DNA from: Vulcanimicrobiota bacterium
GTDB lineage: Bacteria; Vulcanimicrobiota; Vulcanimicrobiia; Vulcanimicrobiales; Vulcanimicrobiaceae
DNA: 11,287 bases
Assembly: GCA_003135555.1 (NCBI GenBank)
Contig: PLCF01000071.1
Location: 1 to 11,287, forward strand
Reading direction: 5' to 3'
The notes under the pieces are model-generated. The model saw only the letters and a program-made list of their open reading frames with translations, was not told the DNA's origin and ran no database searches. A program made the translations under genes and the position numbers. Shown one piece after another: positions 8,454 to 11,287 of this stretch (positions within the stretch are counted from its first letter, which is position 1; each line of letters begins with the position of its first letter).

Positions 8454-9373
8454 GCCTCGCCCATCCGGTTTGGATCGCCGTGGGGATCGTCGTCGCCGCG
8501 CTGTTCCTCTGGGCGGCGCGCGCCGCCGCGCGCCGTGCCGCCGCCGCCGCCCTCGCCTACAGCGACCTGGCGTTCTTCGAGGCGGCGACGCGACAGCGCG
8601 TCGATCCGGCGTTGGCGATCGCCGCCGCCGCCGCGCTGGGCATCGTCGCGCTCGGCGCGGCGCTGGCGGGGCCTCGCTTCACGGCACTCGTTCCGGTGCG
8701 CGGCGGGGCGATCGTCCTGTGCGTCGACACGTCGGGTTCGATGCGGGCGACCGACGTCGACCCCACCCGCGCCGACGCCGCGGCCGCGGCGGTGCGGGCC
8801 TTCATCGACAGCGTCCCCGACGGCACCAGGCTTGCCATCGTCGCCTTCGCCGGCGGGGCCGGCGTCGTCGCGCCGTTGACGGGCGACAAGGACGCGCTGC
8901 GCGACGCGATCTCCCGCATCCCGCCGCCCAACGGCGGCACCGCGATCGGCGACGCGCTGGCGGCCGCGGGCCGCGAGCTCCCGAAGTCCGGACGCCGCGC
9001 GATCGTGCTCATCACCGACGGCGTCAACAATCTGGGGGTCGATCCGCTCACGACCGCCCAACAGCTCGGCGCGAGCGGGATCGAGATCGACACGGTCGGG
9101 ATCGGAACCAACGACAGCGGACAGCTCGTCCCAGGGACCGATCAGGCCGCGACGATCGACGAAGACGCGCTGCGCCAGATCGCGTCCTCAGCCCGCGGCG
9201 CGTACGCGCGCGCCAACGACTCCGGCAGCTTGCGCAGCCGGCTCGCCGCCCTAGCGAACAGCACGACGACCGAGAAGAAGCGCATCGACGCGTCACTGCC
9301 GCTGGCGCTCGGTGGCGGAGCGGTCGTCATCCTCGCAGTCGCCGGCGGATTGCTCGCCGGCCGCTTTCCGTAG
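8450..9373 (+). CDS. vWA domain membrane protein (BatA/BatB-like)
   Basis: Two N-terminal hydrophobic segments, ALAGP, MIDAS motif VDTSGSM, VAFAG, PLTGD, GTAIGDAL, IVLITDG, TVGIGT, IDEDALRQIA and a C-terminal TM segment. GTGA overlap at 8450-8453. Confidence 0.92.
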   Translation: MSLAHPVWIAVGIVVAALFLWAARAAARRAAAAALAYSDLAFFEAATRQRVDPALAIAAAAALGIVALGAALAGPRFTALVPVRGGAIVLCVDTSGSMRATDVDPTRADAAAAAVRAFIDSVPDGTRLAIVAFAGGAGVVAPLTGDKDALRDAISRIPPPNGGTAIGDALAAAGRELPKSGRRAIVLITDGVNNLGVDPLTTAQQLGASGIEIDTVGIGTNDSGQLVPGTDQAATIDEDALRQIASSARGAYARANDSGSLRSRLAALANSTTTEKKRIDASLPLALGGGAVVILAVAGGLLAGRFP

Positions 9374-9406
9374 GATTAAGGGGCAGCGAGTCAAAGCTAA
9401 GTACGA

Positions 9407-10549
9407 ATGGCGCAATTCATAGACCGCCTCACGCTTCGTAACTATAAGAGTATTGAAGAATGCGATCTTGAATTAGCATCGGTCGCTATTTTCCTGGGAC
9501 GAAATGGTGCAGGCAAGAGTAATATCGTTGATGCTTTGGACTTCGTCAGCAACGCTCTATATGTGTCGCTCGAAAATGCAGTCCGCGATCGAGGCGGCAT
9601 TGAGGCGATAAGGACGCGCTCTCGATTCGGCCGTCCCCGTGACGTCGAGATAGCATTGTCATTTAGAGTTCGACCAAATCGCCACGCAACGTATTCATTC
9701 CGCCTCGCCCCGGACAAGAACCGAGGATATGTAGTTCGAAACGAGTCGTGCCATATTGTCAGTCGTACAGGCGAAGCACGCGGCCACTTCATCGTAGAAA
9801 ACGGCAAAGTCGTTGATGCAAGCTTCGACATCGCCGATCGAATCGTGCCGGACCGACTTTATCTCGCCTTAGCCTCGTCCTTTCCTCGATTTCGGCGAGC
9901 GTTCAATGTCCTATCGCGAATGGCGTCTTACAATCTCGACGTGGCCGAAATTAGGGCGCCCCAAGTCCACGATGTAGGCAACGCGCTGTATTCAGATGGG
10001 TCCAACTTGGCGAGCGTAATTACGCAGATGCAAAAGTCGTTTCCAGAACGCTGGGATGCCGTGCAGGCTTATCTTACTGCGATTGTGCCTGACTTGGTTG
10101 CGGTTCGCCCATCTTATGTTGGATCCCGCGTCGATCTTGAGTTCGAACAGCGGATTCCTGGGGGGACGGCAACATTCTCATCCCTCAGCATGTCAGACGG
10201 TACGCTGAGGGCTCTTGCAGTTTTAACTGCTCTCTTTCAAGAATCCTCAGAATCTGCCGACGCTGTCAACGTTATTGCCCTTGAAGAACCAGAAATGGCC
10301 TTACACCCCGGGGGCACACAGACACTCTTCGATGCCATTATGGAGGCGTCAGAAGACAAGCAGGTGCTAATCACAAGCCACAGCCCGGACCTCTTGGATA
10401 GAAAGGGTCTCGATATTGATGCCCTCTACTCGGTGGAAATCCAAGAGGGTCGAACCGCTATCAGCAAAATGAGCGACGTGACTAAGACCGTCGTGCGCGA
10501 TCATCTCTATACGCCCGGTCAACTGTTCCGTATGGGCCAACTAAAATAG
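9407..10549 (+). CDS. ABC-superfamily ATPase, AAA_21/AAA_15 (RecF/SMC-like, AbiEii/OLD-associated type)
   Basis: N-terminal IDRLTLRNYKSI, Walker A GRNGAGKSN (nt 9497-9523), RGG, DGSNLASV, signature-like MSDGTLR, Walker B IALEEPE followed by LHP, and H-loop QVLITSHSPDLL. No TM segments, so it is not a transporter permease. Confidence 0.9.
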   Translation: MAQFIDRLTLRNYKSIEECDLELASVAIFLGRNGAGKSNIVDALDFVSNALYVSLENAVRDRGGIEAIRTRSRFGRPRDVEIALSFRVRPNRHATYSFRLAPDKNRGYVVRNESCHIVSRTGEARGHFIVENGKVVDASFDIADRIVPDRLYLALASSFPRFRRAFNVLSRMASYNLDVAEIRAPQVHDVGNALYSDGSNLASVITQMQKSFPERWDAVQAYLTAIVPDLVAVRPSYVGSRVDLEFEQRIPGGTATFSSLSMSDGTLRALAVLTALFQESSESADAVNVIALEEPEMALHPGGTQTLFDAIMEASEDKQVLITSHSPDLLDRKGLDIDALYSVEIQEGRTAISKMSDVTKTVVRDHLYTPGQLFRMGQLK

Positions 10550-10562
10550 ATCGATCGCAGTT

Positions 10563-11222
10563 ATGACGACGTCGTACCAGTTCGGGTGTGCGGTTGAAGG
10601 CGACGGCGAGACAAGCGCCGTCCCTGCGCTGCTGCAACGCCTCGGGAATCATTTCTGTCCGGGTTTATTTCAACGTAACGCGGAGATATCGCGCATCGAT
10701 TCTGGCAAGATGAGGGTCGAACAAGAAATTGATAGGTACCTAGAACTACTAGCGCGGCGCGTGGGGCGTGACAGCCCTTTTCTTATATTGTTCGATGGAG
10801 ATCTTCTCGGAGATTGCGCCAAGGAGCTGAATGTTGCAGTATTGGAGAACGTTCGGAAGGCGCATGCAGATCTGAGAGTTTCTGTCGTAGTTGCGACGGC
10901 TGAGTTTGAGGCGTGGTTTCTAGCGAGCAAGAAGAGCTTGGTAGATAAGGGAATATTCAAGAAGGATCCGTGCCCAAATCAAGGTGCTGAATCGATGCGC
11001 TCGCCGAAGGCTCTAGTAGGAGCAGCACTGGGACGGAAGTACCGAGAGACAATCGATCAGCATGATTTGGTGCGTGAGATGTCTATCGATGAGGCATATG
11101 CAAATTCAAGGAGCTTTCGAAAGCTGTGTGATGACTTTAAGCGGCTGATTTGTCCAGACGAAGACGCGGAAAACGGCGAGGGCGAGCAGCCGGAGTCGAA
11201 TTCGGAAATGGGCGTAGTCTAG
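10563..11222 (+). CDS. DUF4276-like protein with TOPRIM-type acidic motifs (putative nuclease/effector)
   Basis: AVEGDGE...VPALL, ILFDGD (DxD), EFEAWFLAS, E...SPK, YRETIDQ and SRSFRKL match my recollection of the DUF4276 pattern. It starts 13 nt after the ATPase stop and has the same low-GC composition. Confidence 0.78.
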   Translation: MTTSYQFGCAVEGDGETSAVPALLQRLGNHFCPGLFQRNAEISRIDSGKMRVEQEIDRYLELLARRVGRDSPFLILFDGDLLGDCAKELNVAVLENVRKAHADLRVSVVVATAEFEAWFLASKKSLVDKGIFKKDPCPNQGAESMRSPKALVGAALGRKYRETIDQHDLVREMSIDEAYANSRSFRKLCDDFKRLICPDEDAENGEGEQPESNSEMGVV

Positions 11223-11287
11223 TGGACGAAGAGGTTCGTAGCCGGCGGACCAGCTACAAGCGCGCTGATGTGACCCCATCGGGAGCT

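Larger units (their letters stand above)
9374..11222. other. Low-GC, probably horizontally acquired islet (ATPase + DUF4276-like gene pair)
   Basis: Hand GC counts: 9301-9360 45/60, 9421-9480 25/60, 10741-10800 32/60, 10921-10980 27/60, 10981-11040 35/60. A/T-ending codons (TTA, CTA, ATA, AGA, AAT, TAT, TTT) are frequent here and rare upstream. The right boundary is uncertain. Confidence 0.8.

Noticed and set aside
8515..8640. (GCC)n / GCG-rich runs resembling microsatellites
   Set aside because: They encode poly-Ala stretches in the hydrophobic N-terminus of the vWA protein. The triplet unit keeps the frame, so there is no sign of phase variation.
9377..9383. TAAGGGG as the ribosome-binding site of the ATPase
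   Set aside because: It ends 23 nt before ATG 9407, too far for a functional SD, and no nearer in-frame start is present.
9442..10960. Antisense ORFs 9442..9831 and 10670..10960 as hidden antitoxin genes
   Set aside because: They lie fully antisense to motif-bearing genes, with no recognisable domains or translation signals.
9369..11217. CGTAG at 9369-9373 and 11213-11217 as a target-site duplication flanking the islet
   Set aside because: A 5-bp match is expected by chance, and there are no terminal inverted repeats or transposase.

Overview
High-GC bacterial chromosome segment with every supported gene on the + strand. Bases 1-9373 are host-like (about 70-80% GC in hand-counted lines). 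They carry the 3' part of valS, a PaaI/hotdog thioesterase and a pyrimidine cluster pyrR-pyrB-pyrC-carA with no carB behind it. This runs, through overlapping start/stop codons, into a BatD-like exported protein / MoxR AAA+ ATPase / DUF58 / vWA membrane protein module. Right after the vWA stop (9373) GC drops sharply (about 42-58% in hand-counted lines). A two-gene cassette follows: an ABC-type AAA_21/RecF-like ATPase and a DUF4276-like protein with TOPRIM-type acidic motifs. This cassette is the best candidate for an uncharacterised, horizontally acquired anti-phage or toxin-antitoxin system, with a split ATPase+TOPRIM architecture like PARIS/OLD. Secondary observations are a PyrR with substitutions at RNA-binding positions and no canonical binding loop upstream, and the apparent co-transcription of pyr genes with a MoxR chaperone module. 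Family calls come from motif recognition only; no searches were run.
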